The translations under genes were made by a program, and so were the position numbers. 64,000 bases of DNA, from assembly GCF_963921235.1 (NCBI RefSeq), contig NC_086108.1, positions 103,480,001 through 103,544,000 on the forward strand, given 5' to 3'. Position 1 is the first letter of the stretch, and each line of letters opens with the position of its first letter. The stretch comes from Mobula hypostoma (taxonomy: Eukaryota). Positions 25,705 through 38,914 of this stretch are shown one piece after another. Below the pieces are notes generated by a model. The model was not told the DNA's origin. It saw only the letters and a list, made by a program, of their open reading frames with translations, and did not search any database.

Positions 25705-25995
25705 CAGTGGTGACATTATAGCATAGTGTACAATGCTTTACAGTTTACAGCACAGGTGACCTGTGTTCAATTCCTGCCGCTGCCTACAAGGAGTTCATAG
25801 GTACTCCACAGAACCGCGTGGTTTTCCTCCAGGTGTTCTAGTATCCTCCCACAGTCCAATGAAGTACAGAGTGATAGATTAATTGGTCATTGTAAATTGA
25901 CCTGTGATAAGGCTGTGATTAAATTGGAGGATTGCTGAGCAGCATAGCTCAAAGGTGCGAAAGGGCCTATTCTGTGCTGCCTGTCAATCAATAAA
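25705..25995 (+). mobile_element. V-SINE / HE1-like SINE
   Basis: B-box-like gttcaattcc, V domain accgcgtggttttcctccaggtg, tail aagggcctattctgtgctg. Confidence 0.7.
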
Positions 25996-27354
25996 CAGAT
26001 GTTTTTATAAAAATATATATGGTCACCCCCTAAGCTTCTTTCATATCTGGGAAAAGAGCCTACCCAGTTTCTCTATACATCTCTAGACCTGGCTACATTA
26101 TTGTGAATGCTTTCTGTAAACTCTCAGGCTTAGTCACATCCTTACTTTGACATGGTGACCAGAAATGCACACAAGATTCCAAGTGCAAGTTCAAAGTGTC
26201 CTTTACAGTTGTATTATAATGTTGTATTTATTACAAGCAAATAAATTTGGTTATTACTGTCCATACAATGAGAGGCAATGAAGTTTGTCTTGCACACTGG
26301 TTATTTCTGTGCATCAAGGAAAACAATGAACAGTGCAGAATAAAGTGTAACAGTTACAGATTAAGGTGCAGTGCAGGAAGACAAAGGTACAAGAACGTAA
26401 CGAAGTAAATTGTGAGGCCAAAAGTCTAAATTATCATACTAGGGAACCATTACGTATAACAAGAAGGTAGAAACTATCTTCAAACCTGGTGGTGCAAATT
26501 TTCAGTCTTTTGCATCTTCTCCCCAATGGAAAAGGGGAGAATAGAGATTGTTTCAATGATATAAATACAGGATAAAGAAGTGTACTAAGCCTAGACTACA
26601 TCACACATAGAGAAGGCCATAGGACATTGCAGCAGAATTAGGTCATTCAGCCCAGAGTCTGCTCTGCCATTCCATCATGGCTGATTTAATATTCCTCTCA
26701 ACTTCCATTCTCTCACCTTCTCGCCATAACATTTGACACCCTGACTAATCAAGAATCTATCAACCTCCCCCACCCCCCGCCCCATTCTCCCAAACTCCAG
26801 CAAGTACAGGCTCAGGACCATCACTATACATCTCTACATGTAGATGTATAGTGTATAGTTTTGCTCTCCTTATCTCGGAAGGGATTGCAGCAAAGATTCA
26901 CCATGCGAATTCCAGGGAGAGTGGTTTTTCTTTCAAGAAAAGATCGAACAGACTGGACTGTATTCCCGAGACACCAGAAGAATAAGAGGATGTCTCAAAA
27001 AAATATAGAAACATAATGGGGTTAATAGGCTAGATGCATGGAAAATATTTCTCCTGGCCAAGGAGTCTAGAACCCTGGACAGCAGTTCAATGGAACAGCA
27101 CAGGAACAGGCCCTTCAATCTTCAGTCTTGTGCCACACTGGTTAAAGCTAATCCCTTCTGTCTGCTCAAGGCTCCATCTCTCTATTCCCTGTACATTTAT
27201 GTGCCCAAGAACGTCTCATCGCATCTGATACACCTATCGCATCTGACTTCACTATCACCCCTGGCAGCTCAGCATCCACTTCTCTGTGTAAATAAGATAG
27301 GTTGTTTCACACCTCTGCTTTGAACTATCCCCACCCCAACAATACACACACTGT

Positions 27355-27810
27355 AAATACAGACCGAGGAAATCTGCAGATGCGGGAACTTCAAGCAACA
27401 CACATAAAAGTTGCTGATGAACGTAGGAGGCCAGGCAGTATCTCTAGGAAGAGGTACAGTCGACGTTTCAGGCCAAGATCCTTCGTCAGGACTAACTGAA
27501 GGAAGAGCTAGTAAGAGATTTGAAAGTGGGAGGGGGAGGGGGAGATCCAAAATGATAGGAGAAGACAGGAGGGGGAGGGATGGAGCCAAGAGCTGGACAG
27601 GTGATTGGCTAAAGGGATATGAGAGGATCATGGGACAGATGGCCCAGGGAGAAGGAAAAGGGGGGGGGGGAGCCCAGAGGATGGGCAAGAGGTATAGTGA
27701 GAGGGACAGAGGGAGAAAAAGGAGAGAGAGAAAAAGAATGTGTGTATATAAATAAATAATGGATGGGGTACGAGGGGGAGGTAGGGCATTAGCGGAAGTT
27801 TGAGAAGCCT
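27355..27810 (-). mobile_element. PLE 3' portion / pLTR with intact hammerhead core
   Basis: Same subfamily as 1225-1460; purine-rich tract on + strand; GIY-YIG end reads ..FSNFR* on the minus strand. Confidence 0.85.
27457..27493 (-). ncRNA. Minimal type I hammerhead ribozyme
   Basis: Minus strand reads agtc-CTGACGA-aggatcttggcct-GAAAC-GTC-gactg. Confidence 0.75.
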
Positions 27811-28044
27811 TCACTCAGAGAACGGCAAACCTTTGGAATTCTCTATCCTGAAGAGTGTAGACTGTCAGCTTGCATTCAATTCAATCAAAACATAGATTGA
27901 TAGATTTATGGATTTCAAAGGGAATCATAGGTTATATAGACATTTCTGGAAAATGGTGCTGAAGATCTGTCACAACCTTGAGGAATCGCAGAGCAAGCTT
28001 GAAGGGCCAGCTGGCCTACATCCAGCTTCCATTTCATATGTTTA

Positions 28045-28400
28045 GTACATCTCAAAGCACATTGCAGGTGATAAAGTACTGTTAGTGTGAGGTGACTGCA
28101 ATGCAGGTTGTGAAGCAGCCAAATTAGCCTCAACGAAATACCACAAGTATCAATACGTAAATCACTATCTTTAAAATCATAACTGCAGGATAAATGCTGA
28201 CTAGAATATTAGGAATAACTCAATTTGTCCAAAATATTGCCACAGAGTTTTTACACCCATCATGGAAGTGCAAACCAGCCTTACATATAACATCTCCTCT
28301 AAAACCAGCTCTCCCAATAGAGTAGCTCTCTCCCACAACTTCATTTGGCCAAAAGTCTGTGCTTATATGTCTGTATTGGGCATTGAACCTATAATTCACT
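28045..28400 (-). mobile_element. Old DeuSINE
   Basis: Diverged match to 12770-13090 (catctcaaagcac..., aaatattgccacagagtttttacacc). Confidence 0.5.
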
Positions 28401-28445
28401 GCAAGTTACTATTTACATTGTTATTCCTAACCCGTTATCACCTAC

Positions 28446-28971
28446 TTATGATGTTCTTTAAATAAAATCCAGGTTCAGGAGGATATAATTTACAAAGGCA
28501 CTGTTAGTATAATTTGGTAGGGCTAACTAATATGAAAAAATTTCACCCAAGACATCAACAGCCCCACAAGAGGAACCAAGTTGAATACAATTAGTGTTCC
28601 ATTGTCAATTTTTTTTAGATTTGTATAAAAATGCACTTTCTTCAAAGCAGGATATGATTTTACACTGGTGTCAGGAATATAAATCCAGTCAAAATCAGGA
28701 GTCAAGACTCCAAATTGGCCTAAGACCAAAGAAAATTGAGATTCTCTGGAAGATATCAGCTTAAGCATTGCAAATACTTAGCACAGTAAGATTTAGTTGC
28801 TTCATCTGGGGACCTAAATTGGGTTAATTTATTCTTGAAACATTTCAACGATTTATTTTGACAAAGCAGAGCAGCAGTTCGAATGCATCAAGAATTTTCA
28901 GAACTTTCAACTGGATTTTTAAAGAACCAGTAAAAACTTCTGAAGCTTTCCCTCGTCAGTATAATGTCTCC
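28446..28971 (-). other. Candidate long non-coding exon (donor end uncertain)
   Basis: Good acceptor ccttttcattacag|GGAGAC at 28971 in unique sequence; only weak possible donors at 28778, 28547 or 28446. Confidence 0.3.
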
Positions 28972-29639
28972 CTGTAATGAAAAGGTCTCCAGATTTTCCA
29001 CTCAACTATGGAAAGTCCAACCACAGGTCATTGTCAACACAGAAAATTTGATATTAATATGAGCTGAACTCTCCACACAGCACAATCAGGAAACGGATTA
29101 CAATCCGGGAACTGGCTGCCAATAGATCAGGACAGTAGTCCCACACAGCTGGGAAGGATAAAATAAAAGACCCATAAACAAGGTTTATCTGTTTTACCAA
29201 CAATAACAGAAATAAAGCACCTTTGTTTTCATGTGATGATCTGAATTTGTCTTATTTGACCATTCAGACCTTGGTACAAAAAGCTCACACAGCAATATCT
29301 GTAACCATTGGTGGTACAACACATCATTACCAGCAGAGTTTCATATAGCACTTATCCCATGATAGGAAACATCATTGAGAATCGAAGGTTGGTATTAATG
29401 ACACTGGCCACACAAAATTATTTCATACTTTAAACCCAAAGTCTAGTGACAATCCCTGACTGGCTCTTCTGTCCCTACCTGTTACATATGTGCGAAGCCA
29501 GAACGACACCACAGTAGGATTAAATGTTTTTACTAAGTCGTGTTAATTATGGTACATAGTGGACAACTTAGTGTGGGAGCAATGAACTGAGCCAACCGAG
29601 ACGAAAACATGCGCACTTGAAAGCCCACACCCAAAAGAG

Positions 29640-30115
29640 TGCCTCGCTAATCAATTCACTGCACAAACAATCAGCCACATGCACACTTCCCACATTCTCA
29701 CAAGCAATCCACTCATCAGTCCATGTCCCTTGGCACCTTTCTATGTACCTAGAGGAGATGCAAGCCTCTGTTGCCCTCTTCTCTTCCCACCATCCAGGCG
29801 CCAAATCATTCCAGGTGAAACAGCAAGCCATTTGTATTTCTTACATTCCAGTCAATAGCATTCGATGTTTACAATTTGACCTCCACTGCACTGATGAACC
29901 CAAACACAGATTGAGCGATTGCTCATCCAATCTGTCTTAACCTATGTCCATATAGTCCTTTGACTTGCACCTCACTCCTCACCCCAGCTCTCTTTTGAAA
30001 CTCTCCACTTACCCCCGCCCCCCAAAGCTCTGAGGAAGGATTACTGACCCAAAATACAGACTGGTTTCTCTTTCCACAGAAGCTGTTCAACTGAGTTCTT
30101 CCAGCATTTGTTCCT
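29640..30115 (+). mobile_element. Old PLE GIY-YIG fragment with degenerate pLTR
   Basis: GTFLC..RRC...AKSFQVKQ...IRC...EPKHRLSD; degenerate core ctgaggaagg...aaaatacagactg. Confidence 0.7.
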
Positions 30116-30164
30116 GATGCAATATTGAGAGTTCTTCACTGTCAAAAATTGTTGTTCAAATGCG

Positions 30165-30395
30165 ACTGAACCGGATCGTCATCTACCTTCTCAGATGTAC
30201 ACGGTGGTCGGAGAGAGCCCATGGATGTTGTGTCCCACTGTCTACGTGATAGGCAAGCCTAGGCAGTATGATATGGAGAGCAAGCTGTTGCTCATGTAGC
30301 GGGCTCCCCCTCACCACACAGCTGATGAATCCAAAGGAACAGCCGAGACCAATACAGTTTGGCACCAGTGGCATCACAGGAGTTGCCAGACAGTG
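30165..30395 (-). mobile_element. RTE-type 5' region fragment
   Basis: Reverse-complement homolog of 53715-53860. Confidence 0.55.
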
Positions 30396-30982
30396 TTGTG
30401 TACAAAGTATCACACTGTCACACTCTACGGGCAGAGAAATATTCCACCAATGCCTACCTTTCTACCAAAATAATGAGCAACAGATTAACTGGTCAGTACC
30501 ACTTCGCAGTTTATATGAAACTTACTCTGCTCAAAATTATTTTATACGTTTCACATTAAATCATCAATATACTTCAGAAGTAATCCATTGTCTGTCAAGG
30601 GCTTTGAAACATCTTTGGATTATAAACAATTGTCAAGTTAACAAAGGTTGAATTGTTTATGGAATCCAATATCAGATAGAACAATTTCCAAATAATTTAC
30701 ATCCCATTTCTCCGCAACTCTAAGTGAACAGCCCAGCATTGTTTCATGAATCCCATACCACATCAATTGTAATTCTCCCACTTCTGAAGGCGAATAATCT
30801 GCAAGTGCAGACTTTTGGTCCTTTATGACATTACAGAGCAATATTCAAACTGCACCAAGACAATATAATAAATGGCTAATTTGAAAGCAATGGGATAACC
30901 TTGCTGATTAATATTAGGGATCATGTATTCTTAGTACCTTCCGCTCCACCATTTCTGCTAATTCAGTGAGTCTAAACAACCA

Positions 30983-31196
30983 CAAGAGATTCTACAGATG
31001 CTGGAAATCCACAGCAACACACAAAAAAATGCTGGAGCAACTCAGCAGGTCTGGCCGCATCTATTGAGGGGAATGAACAGTCAAAGTTTCATGCTGAGTC
31101 TCTTTATCAAGACAGAGACCCGAAACGTCAACTGTTTATTCCTCGCCATAGATGCTGCCTGACCTGCTGAGTTCCTCTAGCATTTTTGTGTGTTGC
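30983..31196. mobile_element. Short palindromic PLE insertion
   Basis: Inverted pLTR arms; TSD tctaaacaacca at 30971-30982 and 31197-31208. Confidence 0.85.
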
Positions 31197-31599
31197 TCTA
31201 AACAACCAGCTGGATTACATCAATGGAAATGATTCAGACACCATATTTAAAGAGGAAGAAACCCTTAATAATCAGTGTCCTTCTCATAACCCATAAATTA
31301 GAAAAAGGATCACTTTTTAAATGATAGTCATCACTGTTTTCTTTCAGTGTTTCTCAAGCTATTTCCTGTTGCCAGACAAAACACAACATATCATTTTTTA
31401 AAAACCAAGATGCTGAATCAGTCATAGAATTTAAATACTGCACCTTTATCAAAAATCAAACAGATCTAATTAAAGTAAATTTACATCAAAGTATACATGT
31501 CACCAATATGAACAGTGGAAAGTGGCCAGTGACGGAGTGGAGCTTTGAGGCTTTGACTCCAGAGGCTTCGACGAGAAGAGGCGGAAGACGAGCTTGCTC

Positions 31600-32548
31600 C
31601 AGGACAATTCCTCCTGAGACAGTGACGTGCCTCTCATGTGAGATGTGGCAGTCTTGGGGAACTCCCCTCTCCCGCAGAGTCACATCTGCCAGAAGTGCAT
31701 GTGGCTAGGCGATATGGAAGACTGTGTAAGGAATCTGGAGCAGCAGCTGGATGACCTTCGACTCATGAGGAAGAATGAGGCAGTCATAGATGAGAGCTAC
31801 AGGAAGGTAGTCACACCTAGGCTGCCGGAAGCAGGTCATTGGGTGACAGTCAGAGGGGGGAAAGCGAAGGTGAGTAGACAGGTAGTGCAGAGCACCCCTA
31901 TAGCCATTCCCCTGAATAATAAGTATACTGTTCTGGATACCGTTGGCGGGGACGACTGACCAGGTGTGAGCCATGATAGCAGGGCCTCCAGCACTGAATC
32001 TGACCCTGTAGTGCAGAAGGGTGGGTCAAAGAAGAGGAGAGTTGTCGTTGCTGGGGACTCTATAGTCAAGGGAGCAGATAGGAGATTTTGTGGACATGAG
32101 AAGGACACCCGCATGGTTTGTTGCCTCCCGGGTGCTAGGGTCCGGGATGTCTCTGACCGGGTGCACGACATCCTGGTACGAGAGGGAAAGCAACCAGAAG
32201 TCATGATACATGTTGGTACCAACGACATAAGCAGGAAGAGGGATGAGGTCCTGAAGTGTGAGTTTCGGGAACTAGGCAGAAGGCTGAATAACGAGGACTT
32301 CAAGGGTGGCGTTCTCAGGATTGCTGCCAGTGCTACGTGACAGTGATGGTAAGAATTGGTGGAGATTCCAGCTGAATGCGTGGCTGAGGAGTTGGTGCAG
32401 GGGGCAGGGTTTTAGATTTTTGGATCATTGGGATCTCTTCTCCGGAAGGTGGGACCTGTACAGATTGGATGGGTTGTACCTGAACTTGAGGGGGAGCAAT
32501 ATCCTTGCAGGTAAGTTTGCTAGCCTGGATCGGGAGGGTTTAAACTAA
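31600..32548 (+). pseudogene. CR1 ORF1 (Cys-motif/coiled coil plus SGNH esterase), disrupted
   Basis: CLSCEMW...HICQKC, LEQQLDDLR, VVAGDSIV, CLPGARV, IHVGTNDI, DGLYLN..G; contains a stop and frameshifts. Confidence 0.85.
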
Positions 32549-32583
32549 TTTGCAAGGGGGATGGGACCCGGAGCGATAGAGCA

Positions 32584-35420
32584 ATGGAAGAAGTGCATGG
32601 AGTAAAGCCAGATCGAACATATAAAGAGGCTTTGAGGAAAGAGAAGCAGAATAAAGGGTGTAAAGGTAGTAAGGTAGAAGGGCTAAAGTGCATGTACTTC
32701 AATGCAAGAAGAATCAGGAACAAAGGTGATGAACTGAGAGCTTGGATACTTACATGGAATTATGATGTAGTGGCCATTACAGAGAATTGGCTGGCACCAG
32801 GGCAGGAATGGATTCTCAATATTCCTGCATTTCAGTGCTTTAAAAGGGATGCGGGGGGGGGCGGGAGAGGAGGAGGGGTGGCATTACTGGTCAGGGATAC
32901 TATTATAGCTACAGAAAGGGTGGGTAATGTAGCAGGATCCTCTTTTGAGTTAGTATGGTTCGAAATCAGGAACAGGAAGGGAGCAGTTACTCTATTGGGA
33001 GTATTCTATAGGCCCCCTGGTAGCAGCAGAGATACCAAGAAGCAGATTGGGAGGCAGATTTTGGAAAGGTGCAAAAATACCAGGGTTGTTATCATGGGTG
33101 ACTTTAACTTCCCTAATATTGACTGGCACCTGATTAGTTCCAATGGTTTATACGGGGCAGAGTTTGTTAAGTGTGTCCAGGACGGATTCCTGTAACAGTA
33201 TGTTGACAGGCCAGCTAGGGGGAATGCCATACTAGATCTAGTATTAGTTAATACACTGGGTAAGGCCACAGATCTCTCAGTGGGTGAGCATCTGGGGGAC
33301 AGTGACCACTGCTCCCTGGCCTTTAGCCTTATCATGGAAAAGGATAGAATCAGAGAGGACAGGAAAATTTCTAATTGGGGAAGGACAAATTATGAGGCTA
33401 TAAGGCTAGAACTTGTGGGTGTGAATTGGGATGCTGTTTTTGCAGGGAAATGTACTATGGACATGTGGTCGGCGTTTAGGGATCTCTTGCAGAATGTTAA
33501 GAACAAATTTGTCCTGGTGACGAAGATAAAGAATGGTAGGGTGAAGGAACCATGGGTGACAACTGAGGTGGAAAATCTAGTCAGGTGGAAGGCGGCAGCA
33601 TACATGAGGTTTAGGAAGCAAGGATCAGATGGGTCTATTGAGGAATACAGGGTAGCAAGAAAGGAGCTTAAGAAGGGGCTGAGGAGAGCAAGAAGGGGGC
33701 ATGAGAAGGCCTTGGCGAGTAGGGTAAAGGAAAACCCCAAGGCATTCTTCAATTATGTGAAGAACAAAAGGATGACAGGAGTGAAGGTAGGATCGATTAG
33801 AGATAAAGGTGGGAAGATGTGCCTGGAGGCTATGGAAGTGAGTGTGGTCCTCAATGAACACTTCTCTTCGGTATTCACCAATGAGAGGGAACTTGCTGAC
33901 GATGAGGACAATATGAGTGAGGTTGATGATCTGCAGCATGTTGATATTAAGGCAGAGGAGGAGCTGGGAGTTGTTAAAATGCATTCAAACAGGTAAGGCC
34001 CCAGGGCCTCACAGAATATTCCCCAGGCCACTCCATGAGGTGAGGGAAGAAATAGCTGAGCCTCTGGTTAGGATCTTTATGTCCTCGTTGTCCACGGGAA
34101 TGGTACCGGAGGATTGGAGGGAGGCAAATGTTGTCTCTTTGTTCAAAAAAGGTAGTAGGGATAGTCCGGGTAATTATAGACCAGTGAGCCTTACGTCTGT
34201 GATGGGAAAGCTGTTGGAGAAGATTCTTAGAGAAAGGATCTATGGGCATTTAGAGAATCATGGCCTGATCAGGGACAGTCAGCATAGCTTTGTGAAGGGC
34301 AGATCGTGTCTAACAAACCTGATAGAGTTCTTTGAGGTGGTGACCAGGCATCTAGATGAGGGTAGTGCAGTGGATGTGATCTACATGGATTCTAGTAAAG
34401 CATTTGACAAGGTTCCACACGGTAGGCTTATTCAGAAAGTCAGAAGGCATGGGATCCAGGGAAGTTTGGCCAGCTAGATTCAGAATTGGCTTGCCTGCAG
34501 AAAACAGAGGGTCGTGGTGGAGGGGGTACATTCGGATTGGAGGATTGTGACTAGTGGTGTCCCACAAGGATCGGTTCTGGGACTTCCACTTTTCATGATT
34601 TTTATTAACGACCTGGATGTGGGGGTAGAAGGGTGGGCTGGCAAGTTTGCAGATGACACAAAGGTTGGTGGTGTTGTGGATAATGTAGAGGATTGTCGAA
34701 GATTGCAGAGAGACATTGATAGGATGCAGAAGTGGGCTGAGAAGTGGCAGATGAAGTTCAACCCGGAGAAGTGTGAGGTGGTACACTTTGGAAGGACAAA
34801 CTCCAAGGCAGAGTACAAAGTAAATGGCAGAATACTTGGTAGTGTGGAGAAGCAGAGGGATCCAGGGGTACATGTCACAGATCCCTGAAAGTTGCCTCAC
34901 AGGTAGATAGGGTAGTTAAGAAAGCTTATGGGGTGTTAGCTTTCATAAGTCGAGGGATAGAGTTTAAGAGTCTCGACGTAATGATGCGGCTCTATAAAGC
35001 TCTGGTCAGGCCATACTTGGGAGTACTGTGTCCAGTTCTGGTCGCCTCACTATAGGAAGGATGTGGAAGCATTGGAAAGGGTACAGAGCAGTTTTACCAG
35101 GATGCTGCCTGGTTTAGAGAGTATGCATTATGATCAGAGATCAAGGGAGCTAGGGTTTTACTCTTTGGAGAGAAGGAGAATGAGAGGAGACATGATAGAG
35201 GCATACAAGATATTAAGAGGAATAGATAGAGTGGACAGCCAGCGCCTCTTCCCCAGGGCACCGCTGTTCAATACAAGAGGATATGGCTTTAAGGTAAGAG
35301 GTGGGAAGTTCAAGGGGGATATTAGAGGAAGGTTTTTTACTCAGATAATGGTTGGTGGTAGAATGCACTGCCTGGGTCAGTGGTGGAGGCAGATACACTA
35401 GTGAAATTTAAGAAACTACT
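32584..35420 (+). pseudogene. CR1 ORF2 (APE endonuclease plus RT), disrupted
   Basis: YFNARRI, AITENW, GGGVAL, FYRPP, MGDFN, GDSDH, NYRPVSLTS, GVPQGSVLG, KFADDTK; several stops and frameshifts. Confidence 0.92.
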
Positions 35421-35547
35421 AGATAGGTATATGGAGGAATTTAAGGTGAGAAGTTATATGGGAGGCAGGGTTTAAGGGTCGGTACAACATTGTGAGCTGA
35501 AGGGCCTGTACTGTGCTGTGCTGTACTATTCTATTCTATGTTCTAAT

Positions 35548-35925
35548 CTACCGAGATTCAGTTTCCTGCAGGAATTTACAGGGACATAAAGGAATACAAT
35601 AGAATTTCTGAAAAATAATACATAACCAAAGACTGACAAACAACCAATATGCAAAGAAAGACCAATTATGCAAATAAAAAACATAAATAATACTGAGAAC
35701 ATAAGCTGTAGAGTTCTTGAAACTGAGTTTGTACATTGTGGAATCAGTTCAGCGTGGAGGTGACTGAAATTAACTACACCAGTTCAGGAGCTTGATGGGT
35801 GTAGGGTAATAACTTTTCCTGAACCTGGTGGTGGTGGTGGAACAACATATGGCTCCTGTACCCCCTGCCCGATGGTAGTAGTGAGAAGCATGCATGGCCT
35901 GGACGGTGGGGGTCCTTGATGATGG
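35548..35925 (-). mobile_element. Rex1/Babar 3' end
   Basis: Homologous to 11905-12330. Confidence 0.7.
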
Positions 35926-36269
35926 ATTACAACTACAAATAACTGTAAGTTAGTTTATGATATCAAATGTTCACAAAATTAAAATTTAGTGACAGTCCTT
36001 CATATTAACAAATAATACTACCGAGTAAGCAAATCCAAGCTGGAATCCAACTACAACAGGACCAAGACTAGGATTGAATTTACTGTCTTCAATACTGATT
36101 ACCTCTCATAACTAATCTCCAAAATTGAATCCCAAGAATTCCTTACTGCAACCAAAAGCAGCATTTCTGGTGTTACTGATATCAAACCTGTGAAGCAACA
36201 GTGAATGGCAAAATTTATGAACATTATCCAATAATGCTTCTCAGAAAGTGGACAACGTGAACCTGGTGA

Positions 36270-37095
36270 AGGAACATCCTAAAAACTTTTCAATGATGCA
36301 GAAGACACAAAAATGTGTGGAATTGCAGATTGTGAGAAAAGAAGTACAAGGGATACAGTAGCAGAGACCAGTTGGGAATTTGGACAGCGAAATGACAAGT
36401 GGAGTTTAATTAGACAAGTATGAGGAGGTGCATTTTGCCAGGTTAAGTGGAAGACGATATTATACAGTAAATGCCAGAACCTACAGGAGAACTGATATAC
36501 AGAGGGTGCTTGGCGTGCAAGTCCATGGTTCCCTGAAAATAGTAATACAAATGAACAGGTTAGTAAAGAAGGCATAGGGCATCCTTGCCTTCAGTCAGGG
36601 CATCAAGTATAAAAGTTACACTTCATCTGTCTAAAACTTTGGTTAGAACACATTTGAAATATTATGTGCAGTTCTGGTCACTACATGATAGGAAGGAGGC
36701 ATTGGAGAGGATGCACAAGAGGTTAAGTGCCTTGCCTGGATGAGAGAATATTAGCCATAGGAGATGTTGGACAAACTTGTTTTTCCCCCTCAGTTTAGGC
36801 ACAGGAGGCTGATGTGTGACCTTGTCGAAGTTTATTACACTATGAGGGGCATAAATAGGATATATGGTCTTTGATTTTATTTTTACAGGATGGAAATATC
36901 AAGCTTCTTCGTCTTACACAGAAGGTGGTAGGTACCTAGAATGAGCTGCCAAGGCAAGTGGTTGAAACAGATAAGACAGCAATGTTTTAACAGACAGGCA
37001 ACAGAGATACAGATTTGTTTAGATTGGCATCACGATTGGCACAGACATTGTGGGCCAAAGAGTCTGTTCCAGTGCTGCACTATATTATATGTACT
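36270..37095 (+). mobile_element. Old CR1 LINE 3' fragment
   Basis: Decayed DAEDTK, KTLVRTHLKYYVQFW and CR1 3' UTR. Confidence 0.65.
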
Positions 37096-37197
37096 ATTGC
37101 AATATATAAACAGCAGAAAATAAAATGTGCTAAATTGCCATCTCTGAGATGCTGAAGATTAGATGCAAATTTCAACTGCCTTCAAGAGGTGAAAATA

Positions 37198-37914
37198 CGA
37201 GGGGTGATTGATAATTTTATGGCCCAGGGTAGAAGGAGTCAATTTTAGAAAACCGAGCACATTTATTTTTCAACATAGTCCCCTCCTACATTTACACACT
37301 TAGCCAGGCAGTCGTGGAGCATATACTTTATACTTTATTGTCGCCAAACAATTGATACCAGAACGTACAATCATCACAGCGATATTTGATTCTGCGCTTC
37401 CCGCACCCTGGATTACAAATCAATAGTAAATATTAAAAATTTAAATTATAAATCATAAACAGAGAATAGAAAAATGGAAAGTAAGGTAGTGCAAAAAAAC
37501 CGAGACGCAGGTCCGGATATTTGGAGGGTACGGCCCAGATCCAGGTCAGGATCTGTTCCAGCAGTCTAGATCTTAGACCTCCAGAAAGTGTCCACAGCTG
37601 GGGTGATTGATAAGATTGTGGCCTAGTGCAGAGGGAGAGTTATACAGCTCTCATTACATGCACATGCAGTTCAATGCTTTGAGTGATTATGCAGGAAGTT
37701 TGAAGTTAATAACTCATCTCCCTCTACCTTAGGCCACAAACTCATCAATCACCCCTGCTGTGGACACTTTCTGGAGGTCCAAGATCCGTATGCTCCATGA
37801 CCGCTGGACTAAGTGTGTAAATATAGGAGGGGACTATGTTGAAAAATAAATGCACTAGGTTTTCTAAAATTGACCCCTTCTACCTTAGACCACGAACTTA
37901 TCAAATACCCCTCG
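37198..37914. mobile_element. Palindromic mariner-derived MITE
   Basis: TA|cgaggggtgattgataa...ttatcaaatacccctcg|TA; both arms carry the transposase C-terminus RWTKCVNIGGDYVEK*; LINE-tail insert at about 37324-37567. Confidence 0.88.
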
Positions 37915-38177
37915 TAACTTTTCAAAAGTTCATTATTCCAACAGGACTGAAAACCAAGTTATATATTTATTTTTTACAGTTGATATAATCTCTCAAAGCA
38001 CTTCAGAATAAAGATCTGATACCAATCTATTCAAGGAAATGTTCGAACCTGGGGAAAGAAGGAAGTTTAAAGGATTAAGAGATGGAGAGTTGGTGAGATA
38101 TGGGTAGAGGCAAGTGAAAGCAAAGCACTTCACCAGTGAGCAGCCATCAAAAATTAAGAGTTCCTTTGTTTTCTGTT

Positions 38178-38445
38178 GGTAGTGCAGTGGTTAACACAAT
38201 GCTTTACATTACCAGTGACCCAGGTTCAATTCCCACCACTGTCTGTAAGAAGCTTGTATGTTCTCCCTGTGACAATGTGGTATTCCTCCCACAGTCCAAG
38301 GATATACCAGTTGATAAGTTAACTGATCATTGTAAATTGTCCCTTGATTAGGCTAGGATTAAGTCAGGGGCTGCTAGGTGGCATCTCAAAGGGTCGGAAG
38401 GGCCTATTCCATGCTGTATCTCAGTAAGTAAATATATAAATAAAT
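38178..38445 (+). mobile_element. V-SINE / HE1-like SINE
   Basis: A-box-like gtagtgcagtggtta, B-box ggttcaattcc, V domain, (taaa)n tail. Confidence 0.75.
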
Positions 38446-38914
38446 AAATAACTCCTGTTTTAAAACCTGATGTATTCTTTACATTAAAAATACAATAACC
38501 ACTGAACAAGTTTAGAATAAATCACAATAATGCAATTTAGGATAGTGCTCTTGGGCAAATATTTATGTTGTAATTAATTCAGTATTTTTCCCCTATTGCC
38601 TTTGAATGTCACACATAACCCAATTGGTTAAATGAGTACAGAGTCTCCGTAAACAAGAACATTCTCCTATATTGAAACAATGCCAAAGTTAACTTAATTG
38701 CTACATGTATATCCAAACATACAGAGAAATTTCGTTTACGTATCCTAAGAAAGCAAAAGGAGAAATTATTAATGCAGGTTCGTACACCTTTAACTTTCTT
38801 TCTCAGTATGTGTCAATTGATCTGATCTCAGACAATAGTCACATGTTCAAGTTCAAGTTAACTGTCATCTGACTGTATGTATATACAACCTAACAAAACA
38901 ATGTTCCTCTAGGA

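Larger units (their letters stand above)
31510..35547 (+). mobile_element. Near full-length CR1 LINE
   Basis: Short 5' UTR, ORF1, ORF2, 3' UTR and (ttcta)n tail; inserted into a minus-strand Rex1 tail (31470-31508 resumes at 35548). Confidence 0.95.

Noticed and set aside
30638..30841. 67-aa minus ORF in unique sequence as a coding exon
   Set aside because: No convincing flanking splice sites or recognisable protein.
38178..38240. tRNA genes at A/B-box motifs (also near 25705 and 62680)
   Set aside because: No cloverleaf; they continue into V-SINE bodies.
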